A DNA stretch of 64,000 bases from positions 186,001 to 250,000 of the forward strand of contig OZ025688.1 of NCBI GenBank assembly GCA_964019335.1, in the 5' to 3' direction. Positions 1 to 10,032 of this stretch are shown piece by piece; positions within the stretch are counted from its first letter, which is position 1; every line of letters starts with the position of its first letter. Source of the stretch: Diplonema japonicum (lineage: Eukaryota > Protista > Euglenozoa: Diplonemea). The translations under genes were made by a program, and so were the position numbers. The notes below the pieces were generated by a model. That model worked only from the letters and a program-made list of their open reading frames with translations. It ran no database searches and was not told where the DNA came from.

Positions 1-1025
1 CCCTCACAGATGAGAAGGGAGAGTTGTTGCAAACCTATGTGAAAAAACGGGAATTCACAAAGTTCTTCGGGGTGCTGGCTCTTCGTGCAGCCCAGCTACC
101 GCCCTCGTATCACATCCCTGCGGCGATCGTTCTCCTTGCAAACGAAAGCCTCGATGTTTTAACGCAACTGTTGAACACTTGCTCGTTGAACGTCGCTGCA
201 CAAATAGTCGCAGAATGCACGCATTCGTACCCAGACACAGCGAACAAAAAGAAGTTGTTGAAATGCTTGGAGGGAAGGTTGTTGACTTCCTTGAACGACC
301 CGCAGGAGGACCTGACGCAGAAGTGCGGGTTTTACAAATCCTGCTTCAGAGGGTTCGCCAAACTGATGGGGAGGGAAACAGAAGAGATCATTATCAAAAA
401 GTTGATCGACACGACAACCTCGTCTGGTCATGGCTTTACTGACCTGTTCGATCTTCTTGAAGTCGTTATACGTCCTGTCATGTCCAAGCACGTGCAGGCA
501 GTCGTCGGCTTTGTCTCACACATTGGAATCGACGAATGGGAAAATGAAGTCGAGCCGTACGAGAATTTGGTCCGGCTTGTGAGAACGTTGTTGGAGTCAC
601 ATTACAAAGATGTCCCGAAGGAGCTGTTCGCGTGGGCTCTTCATCCCATCACTCGTAAGCCGACCCCGTCTCCCTCTTTGGTGTACGAAACGCTTTCTTG
701 GCTTGCGTCCCTTCATAAGTCGCATCAGATCTACCCTCAGATTGCCTCTCCCCTCTCAATGGGCATCTTGAACCTCAAGCTCCGATCAAGCGTTCACAGC
801 GAGCCTCTTACATCGACACTCCTCGACATCTCAAGCAGCACCGAGTACCCCTTGGCAGATATCGTTCAGTCCTGGGTTGATGCAACCGTGCCTTCCCATG
901 TTAGATCTCACGAGCTTGCCAGTGCCGTCCAACATATCCACAAGGACCCGACCATGGTGGGCAGAGTCGACGCCACATTGCGTGATGTTCTTACAGAGGT
1001 GGGGAAATGTCTCGAGACGCACTAA
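1..1025 (+). CDS. 5'-truncated hypothetical protein, helical/HEAT-like
   Basis: Frame is open from the window start to TAA at 1025; typical coding composition; no recognisable motif. Confidence 0.75.
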   Translation, partial: LTDEKGELLQTYVKKREFTKFFGVLALRAAQLPPSYHIPAAIVLLANESLDVLTQLLNTCSLNVAAQIVAECTHSYPDTANKKKLLKCLEGRLLTSLNDPQEDLTQKCGFYKSCFRGFAKLMGRETEEIIIKKLIDTTTSSGHGFTDLFDLLEVVIRPVMSKHVQAVVGFVSHIGIDEWENEVEPYENLVRLVRTLLESHYKDVPKELFAWALHPITRKPTPSPSLVYETLSWLASLHKSHQIYPQIASPLSMGILNLKLRSSVHSEPLTSTLLDISSSTEYPLADIVQSWVDATVPSHVRSHELASAVQHIHKDPTMVGRVDATLRDVLTEVGKCLETH

Positions 1026-1090
1026 AAAATATGTTTATTTTTCTTCTTTTTCCCATTAACTTTGTGAAGGGGGGTATATACACGAAAAAA

Positions 1091-3619
1091 ATGTTGTACG
1101 TGCTCTTGATCATTGGGATTCTGTTCTGCCCCGCGCTTGCGATGCCCAACCGCACGGCAGAGGCCTTCAACAGCGAATGGCATGCGGAGCATGAAGCCAT
1201 TGTTAGCGCAGGAAGCGCTGCTGCTGGTATAGCGTGTCTCACAATGATAGTGTTGCTGGCAATAAGACGTGCGGGGCTGAGCTGGATCATCTGTGTGTCC
1301 TTGTGGTCAACAGTGCTTGTTGTGGGCATCATCGCTTGGCTGATAACTTATCAACAAATGCGCGTTGCAATTGAGGACCAGGTCGAGAGCCTCATCTACT
1401 CCATCGGGAGCGATGTGAAGTCGCAGGTGCGACGTGAGATGGGAGCCGCAGCAGATATTGTAAAGCTTCAGAAACTGCTCGCCATCAACGGCTTCCTTGA
1501 CATGTACTCGACGGACCTTGCGCACCATGCGCGCTATCTGCAGTCCACGTGGCTACTCTTCGAGGAGTTCCACCGCTCGATATCTTTTTTCTATTACGCG
1601 AATGACAAGAACGAGGCATTCGGCACGTACTCCAACAACAAGCTCTGGATTGCTGTGCACCCCGGCACGCAGTTCCCCCCTACCTGGACTTGCGTTGCCG
1701 ATTCCCCGCACACCAACTGTTCGCTGGTCACTTGCGGCTCAAATACGACGTTTGAGGCACTGAACTGCAGCAAGACATGCGACCACCCATCACACGCCCT
1801 TTGCAGCGGAGAGCTGTTCCCATTGCGGTACCGCATCCCAAGTGACGTCGCCGTACCAGTACTCGGCGAGCTGGGCACACTAACTGGCATCCAGCTTCGC
1901 GAGACACTTTACAACTCAATGGGCCGGCCGTGGTATAAGTACTCCGACGACGTACTGTGGTCGGAGCCCTACGCCTTCGTGGGCGACGTTCCTGTCATCG
2001 GGCTGTCCGCGACGGTGGGGACCAGGTCACCCACGACTAAGCAGTTCACGGGGGTCGTGGCTGTGGACTTCGAAATGAAGTCACTGCAAGGCTTCGTCAA
2101 AGATCTGCAGCCGACAAACAAGTCGAGCATCCTGCTGATCCTCGACAGTGGCGCTATTGTCGCAGGGACGCATGACATAGAAGACCTGACAAACAGAACC
2201 GAAGACGGGAAACTGGCACTCACGAACGCATGGGAACAGTCTGCAAGTTCCGTGCGCAAACCAATGAGCGCATTGGAGAAGAGGTCGGGGCGCAACATCG
2301 CGAAAGACCGTGCGACGCTGATACACGAGAACGACATCGCTGTGCTTGCACAGCCGGTCACTGTGTCGGGGGGCTTACAGATGTTCGCAATTGTGACTAT
2401 CCCGTACGAAGACGTCCTCCAGAAGGCATGGGATGCGTCCACGACGTCCCTCATCCTTGTCTTGGTCTTGAGTGTGTGTTCAGGTGTCTTGCTGGCTGTA
2501 TGCTTCACGTGGCTCCTGAGCCCGATCCACGAGCTAGACAAAGCAATGCGTCTTGTGGCGTGGATGATGGTGGACAACCTCCCAGTTATCAACTCCAGGG
2601 TGTCCGAGATCGCTTCTATGTCGAGCTCATTCAATATTATGGTCAACAACCTTATCGAGTACAAGCAGTACCTGCCTCAGACGTTGCTTATAGCACAGGA
2701 GGTGAGTGACGCAGAGGAGAGCGAATCAGGCAAATCGTCGACGGTTTCCGTGTCAGAGAGTTCGAAAAAGAGCCAGTCGAGAAAGGAGGTGTTCCAAGCA
2801 GGGCTGCAGAGGAAGAACATCACAGTGGTGTGGATCAACATGAGCAAGTCACACGCACGTGTGTTCGCGGACGCGAAGGGCTACACGTTACGTTACGGAG
2901 AGTATTTATTGTTGCTGCAGAGCGCCGCAAGAGACAATAAGGGCGTCATAGATACTGTGAGCGGGGACAGGGTCCGTGTGACTTTCAACGCCGTGATCAA
3001 CAACGCAGCCCACAGAATGCGAGGGTGTTCCCTGGCTTGGGACGTAATGAAGTGTCCGGATTCCAGAATGGGTGTTAGCTCAGGCGATGCATTCGTGGGA
3101 AACGTAGGGTGCAAGGGAATGATGAAGTTCTCAGCCTTCGGCGGGGTGGTGACAACGTGTATCTCATTAGAGGCACTAGCAGGAGAGATACAAACAAAAT
3201 GCGTTGTTGCAGAGATAACGGCGTCTCAAGTGGATGGGTTCTTTGAGGTCAAGAAACTTTTCAAGATTCATCTTCCGCATGAGAAACCGATGCTAGTGAG
3301 AGAGCTCATAACGAAACGTGAAGAGGGCGATGGAGAATGGATGTACGTCCTTGATGACGTGAGCAAGACGGGTTTCGGGGACTACAACAATGCAATATCT
3401 GCTCTATTTTCAGGGGACGTTAATGGTGTCAAGCAGATCATTAGTGCCAAGAGTTTCCCAGCGGACCAACAGGCTGAGATCGAGCTCAGGTTGAAAAGTA
3501 TCGTGGACTCCGGGAAGCCCGAGCCTCCTCTTCAATTCCCACAGTGGTTCCCAGAAGGGTTTACAAAGCCGTGTAACTCCGATACATTGATCACGGACGT
3601 TGTGGATGATTCCTTGTAA
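1091..3619 (+). CDS. Receptor-type class III adenylate/guanylate cyclase-like protein (TM, Cache-like, HAMP, degenerate cyclase domain)
   Basis: Signal peptide and TM helices; Cache-like RPWY..WSEPY..GVVAVD; HAMP-like LSPIHEL..SEIASM; cyclase-like GVIDTVSGD, MGVSSGDAFVGNVG and GEWMY. ATG follows an A-run at 1091. Confidence 0.85.
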   Translation: MLYVLLIIGILFCPALAMPNRTAEAFNSEWHAEHEAIVSAGSAAAGIACLTMIVLLAIRRAGLSWIICVSLWSTVLVVGIIAWLITYQQMRVAIEDQVESLIYSIGSDVKSQVRREMGAAADIVKLQKLLAINGFLDMYSTDLAHHARYLQSTWLLFEEFHRSISFFYYANDKNEAFGTYSNNKLWIAVHPGTQFPPTWTCVADSPHTNCSLVTCGSNTTFEALNCSKTCDHPSHALCSGELFPLRYRIPSDVAVPVLGELGTLTGIQLRETLYNSMGRPWYKYSDDVLWSEPYAFVGDVPVIGLSATVGTRSPTTKQFTGVVAVDFEMKSLQGFVKDLQPTNKSSILLILDSGAIVAGTHDIEDLTNRTEDGKLALTNAWEQSASSVRKPMSALEKRSGRNIAKDRATLIHENDIAVLAQPVTVSGGLQMFAIVTIPYEDVLQKAWDASTTSLILVLVLSVCSGVLLAVCFTWLLSPIHELDKAMRLVAWMMVDNLPVINSRVSEIASMSSSFNIMVNNLIEYKQYLPQTLLIAQEVSDAEESESGKSSTVSVSESSKKSQSRKEVFQAGLQRKNITVVWINMSKSHARVFADAKGYTLRYGEYLLLLQSAARDNKGVIDTVSGDRVRVTFNAVINNAAHRMRGCSLAWDVMKCPDSRMGVSSGDAFVGNVGCKGMMKFSAFGGVVTTCISLEALAGEIQTKCVVAEITASQVDGFFEVKKLFKIHLPHEKPMLVRELITKREEGDGEWMYVLDDVSKTGFGDYNNAISALFSGDVNGVKQIISAKSFPADQQAEIELRLKSIVDSGKPEPPLQFPQWFPEGFTKPCNSDTLITDVVDDSL

Positions 3620-4043
3620 TATCTATTGAAATCGAGAAGGAACGGGAGGGTGGAACACTGGTCGAGGGGGAACCGCTATAAGGTAGAGTACCCTTGACTT
3701 CAGGAAATTCAACGCCCCATAATTTTTGATCCCCCAAGATCAAAAGGATTTATCAACAATGCATTGCTTTTTTTGCTCTCCACTCCAATTGTTTTGCCCT
3801 TAGAAACATCGCTCCCCCTCCGAGGTTTGGTTTACGGCTTTCCAGTCTGTATCCTCCGCACCCATTTTGTACCAGTAGACAGCGCTTACAGGGTGTCCTC
3901 AGGGCTTTTCTTTTTATTGAATCCTTCCTAAACGCAGTGTCCTGTGACATTTTTTTTTTTTTTTAATTTTTTCTTCCACTCTATTTATTATTGATGTTCC
4001 TTTATAAAAGAAAAAAAGAAACCAAAAAAAAAAAAAAAAAAAA

Positions 4044-5291
4044 ATGTCGAGAATCCAAGTGAAAGGGACGGTTGTGGAACTGGATGGTGACGAGATGACG
4101 AGGATCATCTGGAAGGCGATCAAAGACAAGTTGATTCTTCCCTTCGTCGACGTTCCCATTGAGTACTACGACCTCGGCATGGAGTACCGTGATCAGACAA
4201 ACGACCAGGTCACGGTCGACGCCGCCAACGCGATCTTAAAGCACAACGTTGGTATCAAATGCGCCACCATCACCCCCGACGAGGCCAGGGTCGACGAGTT
4301 CAAACTGAAAAAAATGTGGAGATCACCAAACGGCACCATCAGAAACATCGTTGGCGGCACCGTTTTCAGAGAACCGATCATCTGCAAGAACATTCCAAGG
4401 CTCGCCACACAGTGGAACACACCAATCGTTATCGGACGTCACGCTTTCGGCGACCAATACAAAGCAACAGATTTGAAAGTAAAAGGCCCCGGGACTTTTG
4501 AAATGTCGTACACGCCGGTGAACGGCGAGAAGCAGAGCTTCAAGGTGTTTGATTTCAAAGGTGACGGTGGTGTTATAATGGGGATGTACAACACGGATGA
4601 ATCGATCAGAGACTTCGCAAAATCCTGTTTCGAGTACGCGCTTCAAAAGAGATGGCCTCTCTACATGTCGACGAAAAACACGATTTTGAAGGCGTACGAC
4701 GGACGTTTCAAAGACATCTTCGAGGCGATGTACCAAGCAGAGTACAAAAAGAAGTTCGAGGCGATCGGGACATGGTACGAGCACAGGCTAATCGACGACA
4801 TGGTTGCCTTTGCCATTAAGTCCGACGGAGGCTACGTGTGGGCATGCAAAAACTACGATGGCGATGTCCAGTCTGATATCGTCGCGCAGGGCTTCGGTTC
4901 ATTGGGACTGATGACATCGGTACTTTTGTGCCCGGACGGAAAGACGATTGAGGCAGAGGCAGCACATGGTACCGTTACCAGGCATTTCCGTGTGCATCAG
5001 AAGGGTGGTGAGACCTCTACAAATCCCATTGCATCTATCTTCGCGTGGACGAGGGGTTTGAACCACAGAGGCAAGCTTGACAACAACCCCGCCTTGCAAC
5101 ACTTCGCTCAAACCCTGGAAAAGGTTGTCATTGAAACTGTTGAGAGCGGCGCAATGACCAAGGACCTTGCTATTTGCATCAAGGGTGCCAAGGCAGTCTC
5201 CCGTGGTGACTACTTGAACACCACCCAGTTCATGGACGCAATCGAGAGGAACTTGAGGACAGCGCTGAAGGCGTCGGCGGCAAAGCTTTAA
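4044..5291 (+). CDS. IDH: NADP-dependent isocitrate dehydrogenase
   Basis: [38 protein letters not shown] and [10 protein letters not shown] motifs. Confidence 0.98.
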   Translation: MSRIQVKGTVVELDGDEMTRIIWKAIKDKLILPFVDVPIEYYDLGMEYRDQTNDQVTVDAANAILKHNVGIKCATITPDEARVDEFKLKKMWRSPNGTIRNIVGGTVFREPIICKNIPRLATQWNTPIVIGRHAFGDQYKATDLKVKGPGTFEMSYTPVNGEKQSFKVFDFKGDGGVIMGMYNTDESIRDFAKSCFEYALQKRWPLYMSTKNTILKAYDGRFKDIFEAMYQAEYKKKFEAIGTWYEHRLIDDMVAFAIKSDGGYVWACKNYDGDVQSDIVAQGFGSLGLMTSVLLCPDGKTIEAEAAHGTVTRHFRVHQKGGETSTNPIASIFAWTRGLNHRGKLDNNPALQHFAQTLEKVVIETVESGAMTKDLAICIKGAKAVSRGDYLNTTQFMDAIERNLRTALKASAAKL

Positions 5292-6098
5292 AGTGGAAGG
5301 GAAAAGAGGAGATGATATATTATTGTTTTTTTTTTTTGTTTGTTTGTTTGTTTTTTCGTTTTTTTTTTTCTCGCATGTGTATTTTTCTTTTTCTTTTTTT
5401 TTTGTCTGTTTGTTTTTTTTGTTTCCCTTTTTTTCTTCTTCTTTTGCTGCATGTCAAATTTGTTTCATGTAATTCTGTTTTTGCACGGTAATACCTAACC
5501 GGCACAGGATCAAGGTGGAGTGAGGGGGTTTTTTTTTCGCTTTTTTTTTCCCCCTTTCAGATGCAGTGAAGACTAGCTGGTGAGCGCGACAAACGCAAAC
5601 CGTTGAAGACTAGTTAACTTTGACTCTCCCCCCCCCCTTTTTTTTTAAACTCCCCATCTTGGATCAGCTCCTCGCTCACTTTCATTTGCAATCCCTTCCT
5701 CTCCCTCCCTCTCCCTCACCCTCGTGGTGTCCCTTTTTTTCTTCCTTTTTTTCTGTTTCATAACTGTGGAAGATAACGAAAAAGAAACGAATGGGACGGG
5801 AGGGGGGGGGGGAGAGAAAAAAAGCATGAACAAAAAAAAATAACAAACAATACACCACCACTCCCTTTATTTTTGGCATTTCTTTTTTTTTTTTTTTATA
5901 TTATTACTCCGCGATCCCTTGAGGGGAAAACATAAAAAAAAAAAAAAAGAAGAGAGTAGGAGGAGGGGGAGCACCGAACCAAAAAAAAAAAAAAAAAAAA
6001 AATTGAAACTCCCCATTCTCCACCCAAGGGTCACCCCGCCTTCCTTTTTTTCTTTCTTTTTTCTATCAATTAAAAACCCATCTAGCAGGCCGAATGAA

Positions 6099-7496
6099 AT
6101 GACGCTCCTCCTTGTGTCATGGTGCTTCTATGCTATAGCTACCATACAAGAAGGCGAAATGTGTGAGGACACCACAGGCAAGGTACTGGGTGTCTGCGAA
6201 GCAGGAACCGCGTGTACAGGAGGCGATGGGAGGGCCGCAAAAAGCTGTAAACCAACGTCAACACCAGCACCGGTGTTGGTACCAACACCCAAGGACGGTA
6301 CCTGCATGGATAACGGCCGCCCTGGCGGCCCCGACCAATGCCCCACAGGACTGGACTGCGTAATGGGCCTTTGCGTGAACAATACACAACAAACAATCAT
6401 TTACAAAGAAGGCGAAGCTTGCATCCTATCAAAGGGCAGCTGCGAAGCGGGAACTTCATGTTTAAAGGGAATCTGCAAACGACCAGCCCCCACAGACGTC
6501 CCTTATGACGGGTTTATACCTGAAAACGCAAGGTGCGAAGATGATAAAGGTGTGGTGCTGGGTCAATGTGTACAAGGCTTAAACTGCACTGCCACAGCTA
6601 GAGGCGGTATATGCTTGCAGGACCCCACAGTGGGAACGCCTGAACCGAGCATATTCGACTGCAACGGGACCGTGTGTGGTGTGAATGAAATATGCCTTGA
6701 GCGATCCACGGGGTTGGAACCGATATGCGTTGCACTGGGCAACAACACCACCGCCGCGCCACCGCCGGAGGAGCCCGTGTCCTACCTGAACGGAAGCGTG
6801 GTGCTCGAAGGGGAACCGGAGGATTATCTGCTTAAAAAAATCGAATTTTTAACAATATTAAGACGAAGCATGCTGAGCTCGTCCAGCGTGTGGCGGACCG
6901 TCCCGGTGATGGTAGTTGTCACGTCGATCGCGGGTTACAGTATTGCCGCAGAGTGGAACCAAATCGCTCTTGAAGCAGAGTCTGGATACGATTGGATCAG
7001 GGAAGACAGGTATTCACCTGCCAAGCCGGCGAACACGAACACAGCAGGGATCGACATCGCGTATCGCTACGATGCTCGGTTCCCTGACTTCTTGGCGGGG
7101 AAGCTTCACGACATGAACGGGACTTACAGCCCGCCTTATAATGATACAATGGAACTTGTTGTGAAGCGTGAAAATTTTTCTCCTCCAGACCCTACTGTGA
7201 CTGTGACGATTCCCTTGCCGGCAACGCTTCCGCCTGTTGGCCTTGGCGAGAGTGGCACCGCGGTACCTATAACACTCTTGATCATTATCGGTGTCGTGCT
7301 CATTTGTTTCGTTTCCGCCGGAACGATACTGAAAATGAAGCGAAACCGTTCCAACCCGAACGAAACGGAAACAGCACCTGAGAACGGGTCCGCCTCCACA
7401 CGAGAGGACGACCAGCAGCTCCTCGAGATCCCCGCAGACGAGGACTGCGAAGGGTATTTAAAGTTCCAAGATGCCGTCAAAGTCGACTCGATTTGA
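6099..7496 (+). CDS. Type I membrane protein with cysteine-rich repeats
   Basis: Signal peptide MTLLLVSW..; repeated (E)GExC..G.C..G..C modules separated by Pro/Thr linkers; TM LLIIIGVVLICFV; acidic tail. Confidence 0.85.
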   Translation: MTLLLVSWCFYAIATIQEGEMCEDTTGKVLGVCEAGTACTGGDGRAAKSCKPTSTPAPVLVPTPKDGTCMDNGRPGGPDQCPTGLDCVMGLCVNNTQQTIIYKEGEACILSKGSCEAGTSCLKGICKRPAPTDVPYDGFIPENARCEDDKGVVLGQCVQGLNCTATARGGICLQDPTVGTPEPSIFDCNGTVCGVNEICLERSTGLEPICVALGNNTTAAPPPEEPVSYLNGSVVLEGEPEDYLLKKIEFLTILRRSMLSSSSVWRTVPVMVVVTSIAGYSIAAEWNQIALEAESGYDWIREDRYSPAKPANTNTAGIDIAYRYDARFPDFLAGKLHDMNGTYSPPYNDTMELVVKRENFSPPDPTVTVTIPLPATLPPVGLGESGTAVPITLLIIIGVVLICFVSAGTILKMKRNRSNPNETETAPENGSASTREDDQQLLEIPADEDCEGYLKFQDAVKVDSI

Positions 7497-7660
7497 ATAT
7501 CTCTGTGTACTTTTTTTTTTTTTTTTTTTACATTTGTTTGCTTTCTTTAAATTACCACCCACACACAAAAGGGGGGGGGGGGGGGAGAGGAGGGGGTTGG
7601 TATATAATATAAAAAAAGAAAAAAAAAATAACAAATAAAAAAATAAAAACCCAACGGGCC

Positions 7661-9085
7661 ATGGAGTGCGGGGTGCAACCCGATTCGGCTTTTTTAAAAT
7701 GCCTGACGCCGGAGGTCGCGGATTATTGTTTTGCGTTTCTCGACCCCGGGGCGATAAAGGCGGTGGAGCTGAGCAGCAAGACCCTCAACGCGTGCGTCCG
7801 GGAAAAAAAACTGTGGAAGCGAACCTTCGAGCACAAGGCCAAAAAAGACGGGTGGAGGGTCCCTGAGGAGGAACCCGGGGTGGGCTGGAAAGCATTCTTA
7901 TCGCGGTACGAAAAAGAGCTCAGCGTGAAAACCAACAAAAGGATAAAAGAGGCCTCGATGGTCACATTTTGGAGAACGATTGCACAACAAGGACGATCTC
8001 GAAAAAAATCAAGAGTATTCCCATTCGCCCACGACGCTGTAGGCGATGACATCCAATGGCAGATGGAACTTGAGACCAACAACGAAGTCGGATACCTCCG
8101 AATATGGACGACAAACCCATGGACGTTAACGACGACATGCCATTACTTCGGTTCGCATTGCACAATATCACTAAGAGACAGTTGTAATACGATAGACATC
8201 ACTCCTGAGACTTACATTGATATCGACAATAATGAAAGTTTTGTGTTCGCTATCCCGCATCACAGAGAAGTTGTGGTCAAGGTGACACTAACCCTGGCGC
8301 TCGAGATTGACGCACCGCTTCACCAATTCTACAGATTCGTGTCACGTTGCAATTCTGCTGATACCGACCTTGTCAAAATGGGGTATTGCAAGTCGATATT
8401 CGAAATCGCAAAGTACAAACGTAAACACACCGGGACATTTATCCGTCCTATTGACCGAGACATCTCACCGTTAATCGATGCAATTTTATCGCCCAGTACC
8501 TCGTTTCTCCTTCGGGTCGAGATTTTCCAGGCTTTGTTTAATTTGTTAGGTCCAACTTCTACTCTACTCGACTCTGGTGTGGTCGTCCGATTGTTGAAAT
8601 GTTGCGAACGGCAAATGTTAACGGCCTGCGGGAACACTGGGGAGGAACTCACAGGGGATGTTCTGGTGCTAGATGTACAGCTTGCTCAGAATGTGTTAGG
8701 TAATGTGTTCAATCTTTTAACCCATCAGGTGACGAAGGATTTTCTGTCACAGTCTAGTGTTTCGGTCTCCATCTCTTCGTTGCTCTCGTCTGCCCCTTAT
8801 CAGATCTGTCATTTCTCGTCTCTTGTCATCCTGTTGACAATGCGAGCGTGGGGGACTCTGCCCCCTTCGCTCTCGCCTTTGGTGATACACACGCTTGCGG
8901 CTTTCATGGAATCCACGAACCCGGTAAACTTTGAGACGACTGGGGTCGCTTGGGATGAAAGCGACATCGCGAGTTTTTTCATACCGTTGCTCTGCTCCGG
9001 GGACCGCATTTGTGTTGCGTTCGTGTCGTGGTGCTTGGGGCACTTTTACTTTTCAAGTGGGGGAGGCAGCGGCAGCCTTCGGTGA
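7661..9085 (+). CDS. F-box protein with C-terminal helical (ARM-like) region
   Basis: LTPEVADYCFAFLDP..VELSSK..LWK F-box pattern, followed by WKAFL. Confidence 0.75.
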   Translation: MECGVQPDSAFLKCLTPEVADYCFAFLDPGAIKAVELSSKTLNACVREKKLWKRTFEHKAKKDGWRVPEEEPGVGWKAFLSRYEKELSVKTNKRIKEASMVTFWRTIAQQGRSRKKSRVFPFAHDAVGDDIQWQMELETNNEVGYLRIWTTNPWTLTTTCHYFGSHCTISLRDSCNTIDITPETYIDIDNNESFVFAIPHHREVVVKVTLTLALEIDAPLHQFYRFVSRCNSADTDLVKMGYCKSIFEIAKYKRKHTGTFIRPIDRDISPLIDAILSPSTSFLLRVEIFQALFNLLGPTSTLLDSGVVVRLLKCCERQMLTACGNTGEELTGDVLVLDVQLAQNVLGNVFNLLTHQVTKDFLSQSSVSVSISSLLSSAPYQICHFSSLVILLTMRAWGTLPPSLSPLVIHTLAAFMESTNPVNFETTGVAWDESDIASFFIPLLCSGDRICVAFVSWCLGHFYFSSGGGSGSLR

Positions 9086-10032
9086 AGAAGGAAAAAAAAA
9101 TTTTTTTTTTTTAAAGTTTGTTGTACTTGTTTTGTAAACCCCATGTTTTTTTTTTTTTTTTTATTATTGTGCGAGAATCTTTTTTTTTTTTTTTCCTTTT
9201 TTTTTTTTTCATTCTCCTCGTAGCCGTAGGACTGGCTGGCGAAAAAAAAGCGCGAAAAAACGCAAAAAAACCTAAATGTCCAGTTTTTTTTTCTTTTTTT
9301 TTGACAAACATAATTCTTTTTTTTTTTCTTCCCTTATTGTCATAAATACACACACAATTCTTCTTCTTCTTTTTTTTAAATTATTTCTCTTTTTTATTCT
9401 CCGTTGTCAAAATTTTGAAGAGGGAGGAAAAAAAAAACAAAAAAAAAGGGAAAGTTTTCTTTTGCAAGGGGAAAGGGGATCGTTGATAACGTGCTTACGG
9501 AGTTATAAAAGGTCCGGCTTTCCTACCACGACACAGAACAGCGGCCAGTTCCCCTTTTGCTTCAAAAGTACTAACCTGGTTGTCGCCACCCCCCCTTGTT
9601 CTCTTTTTTGGGCACAGTGTGGCCAAAAAAAAGAAAGAGGGGAAAAAAGGTGACAACACACACACACACACACTTATTCATATATCTTTTTACAAACGCC
9701 CTAGTTTCTTCTTTTTTTTTCTTCTTCTTTTTTTTTCTTCTTCTTTTTCTTTCTTTCTCTTCTCTTCCCCCCCCCCCCCCCCCCCTCCTATCTTTCCCTC
9801 CAAAAGGGAAAAAAAAGAAAAGAAACGCCTGTTTTTTCCATTTCTTTTTTTTTTTGTTTTGTATCCGTTTATTTTACATTTCTTTTTTTTTTCTTTCTCT
9901 TTTCTCCCCCAATCCTTTTTCTCTTCGAACTACCCCCCCTTTTTTTATTTCCCTCTACCTTTATCTGGTTTTTTTTTTTTTTCTCTCATTCCTTTTTTTT
10001 GGCGAAAAAATACAACAAGCAAAAAAAAAAAA

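Noticed and set aside
5560-5625. TGAAGACTAG direct repeat, possible snoRNA
   Set aside because: No complete C/D box set or terminal stem.
9580-10032. Poly-Phe/Lys N-terminal ORF extensions (also at 5919, 15070, 34816, 42770 and many short ORFs)
   Set aside because: Translations of homopolymer spacers.
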